Positions 63,829 to 64,000 of a DNA stretch of 64,000 nt are shown one piece after another. The notes under the pieces are model-generated. The model worked only from the letters and a program-made list of their open reading frames with translations, did not search any database and had not been told where the DNA came from. Position 1 is the first letter of the stretch, and each line of letters starts with the position of its first letter. The position numbers and the translations under genes are program-made. Source of the DNA: Minisyncoccia bacterium (lineage in GTDB: Bacteria; Patescibacteriota; Minisyncoccia; Phycocordibacterales; UBA9973); the NCBI GenBank assembly GCA_038249055.1, contig JBBRWS010000002.1:78118-142117 (forward strand), written 5' to 3'.

Positions 63829-64000
63829 ATGCAAAAAGCAAAAAAGAAGATATATAAAAATGGTTTAAGAGTTATAACTATTCCGATGAAAGAAAACCCT
63901 ACAGTAACTGTGCTTGTTCTAGTGGGGACGGGTAGTAACTATGAAAAAAAGGAGATAAATGGTATTTCGCATTTTCTAGAACATATGTGTTTTAAAGGGA
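63829..64000 (+). CDS. M16-family (pitrilysin/insulinase-like) peptidase, 3'-partial
   Basis: N-terminal …NGLRVITIPMKENPTVTVLVLVGTGSNYEKKEINGISHFLEHMCFKG with the inverted zinc motif HxxEH. Runs off the window end. Confidence 0.65.
   Translation, partial: MQKAKKKIYKNGLRVITIPMKENPTVTVLVLVGTGSNYEKKEINGISHFLEHMCFKG

Noticed and set aside
1-64000. CRISPR array / cas genes
   Set aside because: No run of regularly spaced short direct repeats was found. The only tandem repeats are the 42-nt coding repeat at 34708-34788 and the tRNA-associated repeats.
1-64000. UGA recoding (as in SR1/Gracilibacteria code 25)
   Set aside because: Several well-supported genes terminate on in-frame TGA exactly where homologues end (for example, prfB at 7836-7838). 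The conserved genes I checked have no internal TGA, and RF2 is present. Standard code 11 is assumed.

Overview
This is an AT-rich bacterial window of roughly one-third GC by eye. It is densely packed with short genes and has weak or absent Shine-Dalgarno spacing. TGA is used as a stop codon (for example, prfB ends in TGA). The organism looks like a small-genome uncultivated lineage (CPR/Patescibacteria-like), but that is inference only.

Core content:
- Translation: ligA 3' end, gatC-gatA, prfB-ftsE-ftsX, argS, ileS, glyQS.
- Nucleotide metabolism: pyrG, pyrD, purN, and a compact thymidylate-cycle cluster (folA, thyA, dCMP deaminase, glyA, dut, two MazG-like genes and a tandem-repeat protein).
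- Other core genes: recO, an ABC-F ATPase, and two ECF sigma/anti-sigma pairs.
- Many Nudix, HD, phosphotransferase and nucleotidyltransferase genes.

RNA genes: seven tRNAs, none encoding CCA. They are Asp-GTC, a Met/Ile2-CAT, an initiator-like CAT with a C1:A72 mismatch, Thr-GGT, Thr-CGT and Gln-CTG. Several are flanked by duplicated tRNA fragments.

Most unusual observations:
1. A 3-copy family of ~120-bp elements. Each has 13-14-bp covarying inverted-repeat arms around the core TCCCGTTAGA, the right arm ends exactly on the start codon of an unrelated gene (gatC, a CPBP protease, a YdeN-like hydrolase), and each is flanked by an ATGN direct repeat.
2. An isoleucyl-tRNA synthetase with a complete histidine-phosphatase (PGAM/SixA-like) domain inserted inside the synthetase core. 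Upstream lies an Ile-specifier T-box leader plus a second IR-flanked insert.
3. A tRNA-Gln locus with two direct copies of the tRNA 3' end and two ~99%-identical 150-180-nt structured repeats, followed by an 8-kb unidirectional cassette-like array. Each gene in the array carries its own copy of a conserved promoter-bearing ~60-nt repeat.

No CRISPR array, no rRNA and no recognisable transposase or integrase gene is present in the window.
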